From contig NC_083427.1 of the NCBI RefSeq assembly GCF_020745735.1, forward strand, positions 2,387,438-2,451,437: a stretch of 64,000 nucleotides of DNA, written 5' to 3'. The notes beneath the pieces were generated by a model, which did not search any database, was not told the DNA's origin, and saw nothing but the letters and a program-made list of their open reading frames with translations. Positions within the stretch are counted from its first letter, which is position 1. Every line of letters starts with the position of its first letter. Below, piece after piece: positions 1-10,200 of the stretch. This DNA comes from Hemiscyllium ocellatum (lineage: Eukaryota). Made by a program: the position numbers and the translations under genes.

Positions 1-119
1 GCAACTTAGCGAATAATGTGCTATTATCATACCATGGATCATTGTGCTCCAGGATAAAATTTAAAGCGCACGGATCAACAATAAAGCATATTATCATAAT
101 GTTGAGAAAGTATAAAATT

Positions 120-790
120 CTGACATGCAGAGAGATCTGTCTGTCATAGTGAATAAACCACAGACATTTGATATCCAGTTCCAGACACTAATCAGGAAAG
201 TAAAAGGTAAGTGGTGTGAATTTGTGACGGCCATTTCCTGCAACTGAAGAGAGGTTATGCTTCAGTTACACAGGGCATTTCTAAGATTTAAAAAAAACCT
301 GAGAGATATTGTACAGTACTGGTCACAGCATTTATGGAAAATGTTAATAAGAAAGCAGAGATCATCGCCTTCAGAAAAGAGTACAGACAGGCGAGGTCTG
401 TAAACTCTGGAGTTAAAGACAGTCAGAGGTAACTTAACTGAAACATATAAGTGCTGAGGAATATTGGCTAGATCGATGACGAAAGGTTGTTTCCCTTAGT
501 GGGAGGTTCAAGAAAAAGGAATCATTGTTTTAACACAAGGACTCGCCCAGTTAAGACAGACATGAAAGATAAATAACTACTCGGACATTTGTGTGCGTTT
601 GGAAATATAGACAAAACATAATGTTTTTTAAACATATTTATAAGGAAAAGGTAAATGGATGACTCTTGATTCCAATGGGATTAAACATTAATGAGTATGC
701 AGGAATGTCGAGTTGAGGTTATAGTCAGATTCGCAATAACCTAATCGAATGCTGAACAGACTAGAACCGCAGGATGGCCTACTCTTGTTG
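120..790 (+). mobile_element. Decayed CR1/L2-type LINE 3' fragment
   Basis: Degenerate RT C-terminus and 3' UTR resembling the better-preserved CR1 copies elsewhere in the window. Confidence 0.6.
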
Positions 791-2349
791 CCTCTTCTGA
801 AGACATAAACGGAATATAATCACAAAGTAATTAAATGTTAATTAATTTCAGCCAAGCAGCATCAACAACTCCTCTGCTCCCTCCACCCCACGTCTATAAG
901 ACAAACTACATGCGAGAATGCTGGAAAGTCTGCATTAAAAAGACCACATAGAATACACTGGAAATGCTCAACAATGTTCGCAGTATCTGAGTAGAGCAAA
1001 CCAAAGTTAAGACTTCATGTCATGTGATTTAATCGAATCCCTTCTGATGAAATTTCACGACGTGAAACAACAACACTTGGAAATGATTTCACTGCGTCAC
1101 AACACTGTTTACGAGGGTGTGCCTTTTGCCCCTCCGACAGAGTTCACATTTAAACGTGTATGCACGGCTCCTGTTTCCAGATTCTGCAACCTCTCATAGC
1201 TCTCTCTCTTGATGGAAACGTTTTCCACCTGTTCATAATTCAAACGTGTTTTATGTGATCAATAATTGAGATTCTTTGAACAAAGAAAGCTCAATCTTCG
1301 TGTATTCCACAAACCAATATTTCCATATGCCAGTCAACTTTCGACGGTATCTCTGGTGCAAGTTTTGAAATCACAGCATTCAAACTCTTGGCTGGAGTCA
1401 TTCGCTGAATTCTGATGTAGTGTTGTGATTTATTATTGTCAGCATTTTGTACTGATTTAATTAACACGAAGTGGAATTTTATTTGACTATTTGTAGAATC
1501 CGACCAAATCTAACGTTATGCACAAAAAGAAGCCTTCCCCAATGGAATAAAGCACCACTTCCAATTCAAAGCATGTTGAATCCTCTTTTGATAAAAAAAA
1601 ACGACAAAAAGCCTTTTTTTATATATTTCACAGTGACTTCCACCTTCTACTTTTAAACTAAATCACGCCAGTCTATCAGGGCCTCTTTGATTTTCGAAAT
1701 TGTTAGCCATAATTCGTAACTGATTAGAACATTCAAATTTTAGCAGCACTGTCTCTAGGATTATACCCAGATGGTGATGTCAATGTGACTGGAGGTATCC
1801 CAGAAACAGGTCGTTTGTGAAGCTTCTATCTATTTTTATTTGGTCTGAATATCGCTTTTTTTTTTTGTCTTTTCTCTTTTCTGAACACTTAAATTGACTT
1901 CACTGTCCAGTTTCGAATTTTGCCTTCTGGAAAATCTGCACTTGCATTAATTTCTATTTATTAGTCAAAGACATTTAAAGTTCAATACACATTTCATCAG
2001 ATATTTTCAAGGAACGAAACACAACAAATAAAGCAGATGTTTCAATGTTATGATTTTGGCGAGCATGGCATGTATACATATGGCTACGTGGTAACTCAAT
2101 TTGCAGATTTCACCGTATGTGGGCTTTCAGTCTTAATTAATTAAGTGTGACATTTTGTTCAGGAATTCGCTGTTAGAACTTGAGAGGTTTTCCCAAATAT
2201 GAAATGAAAATATCACCAAATTAAAACACAAGGAAATTAAGCACATGTTGCGAATCTCCATTCTAAATTGATGCAGATTTCCATGATGCGAATATGGTTA
2301 TTCTGCGCAAAATTCAACCCATCACAATCCGTGAGTTAGAATATGCGTG

Positions 2350-2402
2350 ATTGGTCTTTCGTTCCACATCATGCAAATAAACAAATCTCACGAGGTTTAT
2401 AA
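2350..2402 (+). promoter_or_regulatory. IgNAR V promoter: reverse CCAAT (ATTGG 2350-2354), octamer ATGCAAAT (2371-2378), TATA-like TTTATAA (2396-2402)
   Basis: Motifs read directly 95-150 bp upstream of the leader ATG. The octamer is in IgH-promoter orientation; a degenerate second copy ATGCAGAT lies at 2271-2278. Confidence 0.7.
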
Positions 2403-2496
2403 GGTCGGTGCTCCGATGCACACTGCTACACAGAACAGGTGGGATTGGAATCCAGTGTTGGCTGCATATGAAGTTCTGCCTGTTGGTGCAGAAACA

Positions 2497-2539
2497 ATGA
2501 ATATTTTCTTGTTTTCGTGCCTTTTAGCGTGGCTACCAA
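2497..2539 (+). CDS. IgNAR: IgNAR leader exon (MNIFLFSCLLAWLP + phase 1)
   Basis: ATG 2497, hydrophobic signal peptide matching known IgNAR leaders (MNIFLLSVLLALLP..VFT), donor GTAAGT at 2540; 126-nt intron to CCAG 2662-2665. Confidence 0.95.
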
Positions 2540-2665
2540 GTAAGTACTGTTTCTCACAGATGCTACTCCTATAAAGACCGTGTTTATATTATTGAAATGT
2601 CCTCTCTGAAATTCTGCTGTTGATAGATAAATGGCTTGCATTAAATATATTTTTTCTTCATCCAG

Positions 2666-2940
2666 GTGTCTTTACTGGTTGGGTGGACCAAACACCGAAA
2701 ACGATAATAAGGGGGGCAAACGAATCACTGACCATCAACTGCGTCCTAAGAGATCCGAGCTATGCATTTTATAGCACGTACTGGTATCTAACAAAATTGG
2801 GCGGAACAAACAAGGAGAGCATATCGATTGGTGGTCGGTACGTTGAAACAGTGAACAAGGGTTCAAATTCCTTTTCACTGCGAATTAGTGATCTCAGAGT
2901 TGAAGACAGTGGCACATATCAGTGTGGAGCATGTTTTGAT
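2666..2940 (+). CDS. IgNAR: IgNAR variable (VNAR) exon, germline unrearranged: (S)[91 protein letters not shown]
   Basis: Open frame; VNAR hallmarks: Cys22 (2740), Trp36, Cys83 (2923), CDR2-deleted layout, [26 protein letters not shown]. In frame with the leader and ends at a heptamer. Confidence 0.97.
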
Positions 2941-2978
2941 CACAGTGATCAACCTCGATCGTCCATCATTCAAAAACA
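2941..2978 (+). other. V 3' recombination signal sequence, 22-bp spacer (CACAGTG-22-TCAAAAACA)
   Basis: Perfect heptamer 2941-2947, spacer 2948-2969, nonamer 2970-2978. Confidence 0.92.
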
Positions 2979-3178
2979 CCATCAATTCTTCTGTGAAGTA
3001 AATTGGATTTGGTTTGCCGTTTCAACGCTCAACATTCATTTTGAGGTCACCGATTATGATATGGAATGCTAGGAGGCAGGTTCTAAATGATTGTTATCAA
3101 TATTCAGCAGAGAAATTTAGAGCAAGTGCACTTGTATATTCAGAGCTGTTACATAACTTAGAGTTACGAGCGAGCATT

Positions 3179-3206
3179 TATTTTTGCACTGGGATGTATC
3201 ACTGTG
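3179..3206 (-). other. D 5' RSS, 12-bp spacer (TATTTTTGC-12-CACTGTG)
   Basis: Nonamer 3179-3187, spacer 3188-3199, perfect heptamer 3200-3206. Confidence 0.9.
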
Positions 3207-3231
3207 ACGACGGCTATGTAACATGCAATAC
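3207..3231 (+). CDS. IgNAR: IgNAR D segment, 25 nt (ACGACGGCTATGTAACATGCAATAC); frames TTAM*, RRLCNMQY, DGYVTCN
   Basis: Bounded by heptamers CACTGTG (3200-3206) and CACATTG (3232-3238). Confidence 0.85.
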
Positions 3232-3269
3232 CACATTGAATAATACGTGATTACAGGAATGCAGAAATG
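3232..3269 (+). other. D 3' RSS, 22-bp spacer (CACATTG-22-GCAGAAATG)
   Basis: Heptamer 6/7; nonamer only 5/9 at 22-bp spacing; no better nonamer at 12 bp. Confidence 0.65.
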
Positions 3270-3592
3270 TCTTCCCACATGTGAATCCACTCTTCATGTG
3301 AAGTATTATCTGCATGCTTTAATAATTCATGCTTAAAAGTTTCCTGCAACTGTTAGGACCTAGCAACTCTGATACACAGATTTTCATACGTCTTTCACTG
3401 ATTATTATGTGAATGTTAAAATCATAGCCACACACCAATATCAATAAGTATCCAAAATTTGACAAGTGGTTGAGAATTATAAACGTTGATTTGGAAAAAA
3501 GTATAAAGGGAATGATTTGCGTCATACTTGCTGCGTCGATCAATCAATATCCTGGAACTTTTGAAAGGTTTTGGTGATATTTACAACAAGTG

Positions 3593-3620
3593 ATTTCTTG
3601 TGCTGATGTGAAACAATGTG
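3593..3620 (-). other. J-proximal RSS with 12-bp spacer (ATTTCTTGT-12-CAATGTG)
   Basis: Heptamer 3614-3620; nonamer 6/9 at 12 bp (3593-3601). At 22/23 bp the sequence (ACAACAAGT/TACAACAAG) has no T-tract. Confidence 0.65.
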
Positions 3621-3667
3621 TACATGGAGTGAAGGAAGCGGCACCATTCTGACTGTGAAACCTGGTG
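3621..3667 (+). CDS. IgNAR: IgNAR J (possibly germline-joined DJ) segment: TWSEGSGTILTVKPG
   Basis: G-x-G-T-I-L-T-V-K-P FR4 motif typical of IgNAR J; donor GTAAGT at 3668 (alternative GT at 3665), phase 1. Confidence 0.93.
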
Positions 3668-4951
3668 GTAAGTGCCCCTCTTTCTACTTATCGCTATGAG
3701 CATGCTGAGAAATTACAAAGAATGATTTCTAAAAGAGGTAGAACTGTGCTTGCGTGAGATGCAAAACGTTTTGTCATGAACAATTTGTGAGTGCTGTAAT
3801 TGATGCATCTTAGATTTCAAATAACTTTGCAGATTTTGTTTGAGTAATTTTATGTAATTATATAAATATAAACGTGTAATATAGCTGGGAACAAGCCAAT
3901 ATTTAAATATTTAGCATGCTTGGCACAGACAACATAAGATGTATATTTGAGTAGATGATGGAATCAGGCGGTTAACAAAGGAAACTGACCAGGGTGGGAG
4001 GTTGTACAAAGGCGTACCTGTGTGACATAAATATACAAGATTTTCAGTCGGAACAATTAATACAAGTTTGAATTGAGGAAACCTTTCATCGAACGTTATT
4101 GTTTTTGGATTGTATCCAAAATTAATATGCTTCAATTAATTTTGTAATTAAGACAAGCCTTATTATGTAAAATAATACTTTAGCATAATGACAAAAGCAG
4201 CAAGTAGGACGTCCGCTTTTGAAACATCAAAAACAGTAGTTCGCTAAATATGGACTTCATACTAATGGTTGCTAGGAGCTGAAGTTCATGTGTTCCAGTT
4301 GCAAAAAATGTAGATTTATTGTGGGCGGATTACAACAGGGTCCAATTTCAGATCATCAGCAGAGTGTAATTTTACTGCAATTCAGTATTAAATCAGATTG
4401 CTGGAAATCTGCTCTCCTCGATACATGACCGTGTGATTTGAAGTTTGTTGTGTTTAAGATTGTAATGAATATTCGAGAACTTTGAAATCACGGTAGTTGT
4501 AGTGTGAACTGTTAGTTTGAATTTAAAATGGAAACCGTGGAGCCCATCTGTTCAATGTTTCCTGCTAGAGTAGAATAAGTTAGTCTTTGACTTACTGATT
4601 ACACTCATTGCTGTCTGATAGAATTATTTTAAACACATCATGGTACGTGTCTAATTAGAATCTTTTGCCTTCATACCAAACAGAGTTGATGTGTACACGA
4701 TGGCATTGTTTTTGTAAAGCAGCAGCAAATTTAGGGTACAAATGCGCTCTGCCCTATAAAATATGGCATAAACGTGACTACTTTCTTCAGAATGATTTAG
4801 TAATTTTATTGTAATTATTGGCAAATTAGGCCAAGTCCCTTCTCCAATCCAACATGCAATTTCATAAAATCAGTTGCAGTCTCCTCTACTTCAAAGGAAT
4901 CATTAACTCTGTATTTACTTTGTCGTCTATCATATTACTGAGAATTTGTAT

Positions 4952-5851
4952 TGCTATGAAGGTGTTTAGGCGTACTGTACCTTTAAGAGAGTTGAAAAGC
5001 TAACAAAGACTGACTGAAAGCGCAGAGTGTCCTGAACACGGTATACATGTAACACTGGGTCGAAACAAATTGCTGCAGATGGTTTGCTTTGAAAGAAAGA
5101 CAAATTCAAACTCAGCCAATCAGTTTAAATCATGCCCCAAAATACTAAAATCCAATCAAATTTGAATTCAATATTTTGATAATGTTAAAATCAATGAAAG
5201 GACCGGATGTTTTGGTGTATAAGACGGGAAATTATTGCCATTTAGTGTGCGAACTACCAACGGCCAACAAATGAAGACTGCTAGCTGAAGAGTTCTCTGA
5301 AAGATTCATGTATGTGGCGAATTTGCGCAGCAGGACATCGATGCCAACCTGGAGGAAAATCTACAAAGAAGAATTGACGAAACTGATTGATTTTTGAAAC
5401 ATGATTTTTATTTTGTGAATCCTTTTTTTAAATCGGACTAGTATAGTAGATTGGGAGTTAAGCCATTGGTTTCGGAGGAAGTAGTTGTAAATAGTTGTTG
5501 GTTTTAATATTTATTGTTGAACTTAAAGAAGAACGTTGTTCATTTTCACTTTAAATAATGACCTCTGGGATAGTTCATTGCCTCTCGAATTTTAACAGAT
5601 GACAGCACGACGTGAACCATTTTGTGTGGCTGGTTTAATTTTGCAGCGGGGTTTACCCTGTATCGTAAACATATGCTGACTTCATTTGCTTTACAGTATA
5701 TTTTAAGGACCTGATCATGCACAATCCAAGTATAAATAGAGCATTCAAGTCTTAATTCTGCTGGGAGGGCTGTGAAACCATTCCTTGTAAGGCAGCCAGT
5801 TTACGCCAGGGAATTGTCACGTAACCCTTGTCCTGAATAGCCTCTGATACA
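4952..5851 (+). mobile_element. Probable solo LTR
   Basis: ~900 bp block starting TG and ending CA, with two CCAAT boxes (5116, 5152) and a TATA-like GTATAAGA (5217). No clear TSD. Confidence 0.4.
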
Positions 5852-5874
5852 TTTACATTTCCTGTAAATGAGAT

Positions 5875-6070
5875 GCTTAAAAATGTGTTGCTGGAAAAGC
5901 GCAGCAGGTCAGGCAGAATCAAAGGAACAGGAGAATCGGCGTTTCGGGCATAATCCCTTCTTCAGGAATGCCCGAAATGTCGATTTTCCTGTTCCTTTGA
6001 TGCTGCCTGACCTGCTGCGCTTTTCCAGCAACACATTTTTAAGCTCTGATCTCCAGCATCTGCACTCCTC
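5875..6070. mobile_element. Penelope-derived hairpin element (arms 5875-5951 / 5968-6044)
   Basis: Near-perfect inverted repeat of ~77 bp; degenerate hammerhead motif on the - strand; same family as 11462 and 36688. Confidence 0.85.
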
Positions 6071-8934
6071 ACTAACCTCAAACGATCTATCCATTAGGAC
6101 GCAGTGGTCATTCTGCAGCTCAGAGTTGTACCATCGTGATTGTTTTTTTTTCTCTATTCCTCTTGCCAAATGTTCATCTTCTTCAGCAAATCCCCATAAT
6201 ACACATCATTTTTTGTATTCTTACTCACACCTATCACGATATTTTTGTATTTTAACTGTGCCCTCTAAATACTTAAAGCCCCTTTTAATTTTTGAGAGTT
6301 CAGCAAATTTGGAAAAACGACATGGCCCTCTTTATCCAAGATATCAATTTCCAATAGTTGTGACTCCTACATCGGTCCCTCTGGCACAAACCTTAGCAAC
6401 CTTAGGATTATTCCTGCACACCTACTGTCACTTCCAGCTACCCAGCTATTCTACTGTCCATTTCAGTCTTCCACCCCCTCCCTCTTTCATTAACAACAAT
6501 CAGCTTTGATGGAACATGTTATTTAACGTCTTTAGAAAATCAGCACACACTGCAACCACTGAAACCTCTTTATCTAGATTTCTCAAATAAGAATTCCCTT
6601 TCCTAAAGCCATGAGTTTTTGAACTTATCCAGCTGAAACGTATTTCAAATACCCTCTAATATTTCGTTATGACAGTTCTGTACACTGGTGTGTGTCACTT
6701 CTTGTTCGCTACCTTAAAATGCTTTGATAAACTTATTAAATTTGATATCTTGCAAGGTAAAGTGTCTTTCCAGCAGTGGGGATGAGATGCAACAGTAAAC
6801 ACAAAACGTTAGTTATTACACAAGCATTTTCTGTTCGGATGCAGAGATGATGTCACGAGAGGACTAGCAGGTGCGGGGCACAGCTGCAACTATTTACTCA
6901 GTCCTGTTTCTCCACTACATGTCATTCCTCAGATTTCAACTTTCATTTCATTTACCGATTCATTTCTGATTCTGGGGTGTTGTTTGTATTCTTTGCCGTG
7001 AAAACTAAGGCAAAATAAATATTCTGTTCATTTCCTGTTTCCTTTATTTTACAACATGATTTGCTTACATTCAGTTTGTACATGAACAATGCTCACTTGG
7101 TGAATATTTTGTTTTCAAAATACAAGTGTACTTAAAGGAACTTGCACTCTCTGTTTTTAATCTCCGGTTAGCTTCCTATCATAATCTGATGGTTCATTGG
7201 TTACTAATTTTCAGATATTCTGTTTCCATAAACTGTAATGCTCTGACCTAGCATGTGTTTATTCACAATTGCATCCATTTTGCTTAATTTTGATATTATC
7301 TTAAACCACAGATAGCAGGTCCGAACCTTGGAATACTCCTTACTTTTCAAATGCACTTATTTATTTGATCTGACATGTCTCCTTACATTCCACTATATTA
7401 CAATTGAATTCTCCTCCATCTGATTTTCCAATTCACTTCGGTAAGCTCTGATTATGTGCCTTCATAATCTCCTTTTGTAAAAAGTCATGCTTTCTCTCTC
7501 CATTTGAATGTCAAATGCAATTGTGTTAATGTTCCTGATCCCTGTGGGGTGGGGTGGGGGTGCTTCACAATTCCATAATGAATTAATTCTATCTCATTCC
7601 TTCATTGAAGGAGGCTTAATACAGGTCAAAACCGTGCGATGTGAATGAACTATTCCAAACTCTTTGTACAAGCTCCATGCGTGGGCTGTCGTTACACATC
7701 TAACTTCCACAGTTATTTTACAAAGAATATCTCGCATAATGCTGACTGATTTTCTGGTAAGCACTCATAAAGTCTTTCTTTATGCTCCCCCTATCATTCA
7801 GTTACACATGGGTGACCCGAACATCGCTCCCACAACTACAATCTTGAACTGGTGATTGCTCAACTTCATTCAAACCTATTGCACTGGCTGCTTTCCTCAA
7901 ATGGTATCACCTCTTTCCTTTTCATAAAATAAGAAGAGCAAATTCTGAAGAAACTCAACCTTTCTGGCAGCATTTGTTGAGAGACAGAGACAGAATGTGC
8001 TTCCTGTTTGGTATGACTCTGCTACATCTCTTTCTGTTATGCAAATAGCATTGTGAATGAACTGTTACACTTGTACGGGATCATTGCCCCCTTCCTCGTT
8101 TTTTCCATGTCATTTGAACGCATATAATCCATGTCATCTTGCAGGAACGATAGTGGTGAAGGCCACGAACAGCTTTGTAATCTCTTGGCCTTGGCATGAT
8201 CTGAATATGAGTGCGGACATTGTTAATGTCAATTTAAACTAATGTAGCTATGATACTTGTCAGAAAGTGTCAGAAAACTGCTGTTTTCACACAGCATGAT
8301 TGAGAGGACATAAACGCATGCATGAGATCGTCAATTGCAGGTGGAACAAATTATTATGCAGATGTATGGTGTTACCAAGATAGTCATTGCCATGGAAGAT
8401 ATTTCAGTATGTTAATACCTAATTTTCCATTAAAGTGATGCCGTTCTTTGGATAGTGGGCTTGCTGTAGATCATGAGAGAGTGCTCATGTGTAAAATGAA
8501 AAAAGAATGTAATCAACTCGATAATTAGTAAGTGGGGTTTAGCTGCTCCTGCGGTGTATTATTTCATTTAAAAAATTCACAAGCGATATTTTCTCGTGTT
8601 ATGTATGACGTGACTGCTAATTTGTGATTGACATTGGGGATTAATTAGCAGTCAGCAGTGGACTAGCATAAAAAGTTAAGAGCATGTTTATCTCTGGCCG
8701 TTGCAATCGTAAGAATGGGGCCATGGCTGAATCTGAACACATTGAAGAGAAATTTAATTCAAAAGTATTGTCTAGCTTTGAGACAATACTTTGATGGGCG
8801 AACAAGAAGTGCAATTTAGGATCTGACTGCAGTATTCGGATTGGATTTACTTTAAAGAATTTGAAGATGTGATCCCAGCGTGGATAATGGTGGAATAATC
8901 TAAGCTAACTTTGAAGAGCTTGGAAGTTCCTGCA

Positions 8935-9290
8935 AGAACCAGCCTTGCTGTCAAGGAAAGGTAGCCAGCATTTGCAAAGATCCATCCCACATTGGCAATG
9001 CTTTACTACAAAAGTTACCATCGGGGAGAAAGTACAGAAGCCTGAAAACACGCACCAGCCGTTTTCAATACAGTTTCTACACTGCTGTTGTTAGAGTACT
9101 GAATGGACTCACAAAACCTTAACATTCGCCTGTAGCTGTGTTTTTGTTTTTGCCACTGTTTACCGATTATATACTTATCTATTCAACTTAACTCTGGGAT
9201 CTGTCTGTATTGCACGAAAGACAAAGTTTTTCACTATGCCTCTGCACACGTGACAAAAAGTCAATGCAAAGTCAAATTCAAAGTTATTCA
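8935..9290 (+). mobile_element. Non-LTR retroelement 3' fragment (Rex1-like tail)
   Basis: Similar to the block at ~25590-25840; ends in short repeats (CAAAGT)n. Confidence 0.4.
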
Positions 9291-9899
9291 AAGTCACGGG
9301 TCAGCTGAGGCATTGTCGAAACAGGAGGCGGTTTGCAGTAACAAGCATGTGGTCCTCTTGATGGCTGTATTAAGCAGCCTGATGCTCACAAAATGATTAC
9401 AAGTAAATCCCTGCTTGTGAACAGTTTGGTCAGATGGTTGCTTTGGTGGCGATAGGTTATTTTGAGGGGAAAAGAAAATGTCATCTCTTTCCATGACAGG
9501 AACGCTTTAAATTTATGAGGTCTAATCAAAAACTGAATGGAAAGAAGCCCACTTGTGTGTATTGGGAACGTAAGGGATTTGTTGAAAACAAAATAATCGT
9601 CTGAATAAAGGGGGACATTAAGTGATATCTTTTACTATCGAGTTGGATTTTAGGTTCAACGAACTTTGGTCCAAAAGGAGCGATGCTCACAAAATGACAC
9701 TGTCTACATTGTACAACAGCAATGCACAAAACATTTTGAAAACTAATTTTAGAAAATGCATGAGTTTTGTAATTAAGAATATTATTTCCTCCGTGTAATA
9801 GTTGTAACTGTTCATTTCTACTCCCCGATGATCCTCTGACAATAGTGATAGAAAATCATCATCCGAAGATGGCGAATTAATCTATGCATGCTGCTGCCA

Positions 9900-10200
9900 A
9901 CGTCTAAAACTTGTTTGCAAGAACCAGGGCCACAGTATGAGGATTCAAGTTGGACCATTTAGGACAGAAAGAAGTATACATTTCTTAACCCAAAGAGTGG
10001 TGAGTCTGTGGAACTCATTACCACAGGCAGTAGTTGATAACAAAACATTGAATGTAATCAAAAGGTGGTGAGGTATCGCACTTCGACCGACTGATATGAA
10101 AAGTTATGGGGAGAAAGCACGATTAGGCTACAAAGGAATGATGGAGCAGGCTAGAACGGCCGAATGGCTTCCTCCTGTCCCTCTCTTCTATGTTTCCATG
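9900..10200 (+). mobile_element. CR1 LINE 3' end
   Basis: TTCTTAACCCAAAGAGTGGTGAGTCTGTGGAAC (F-T-Q-R-V-V-x-x-W-N) motif followed by the 3' UTR. Confidence 0.7.

Noticed and set aside
1629-1635. CACAGTG heptamer upstream of the promoter (others at ~30557, 57403, 57525)
   Set aside because: No nonamer at 12 or 22/23 bp for those checked (1629, 57403), and no adjacent coding segment for any.
2347-2574. ORF-track extension upstream of the leader (MIGLSF.../MHTATQ...) and read-through into the intron
   Set aside because: Upstream ATG/GTG lie at or before the predicted TSS; the real exon is 2497-2539 with a GTAAGT donor.
2941-3072. C-terminal part of the 150-aa V ORF (HSDQPRSS...)
   Set aside because: Read-through into the RSS and V-D intergenic DNA, not protein.
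3567-3592. GGTTTTGGT (8/9 nonamer match) followed 11 bp later by CAAGTG
   Set aside because: It is 38 bp from the J heptamer (fits neither 12 nor 23), and CAAGTG is not a full heptamer. It could be a relic RSS, but I cannot support it as functional.
5868-6509. 213-aa ORF, the longest in the window
   Set aside because: Runs through a hairpin repeat and AT-rich intron; no recognisable domain. The same peptide recurs at the other hairpin copies.
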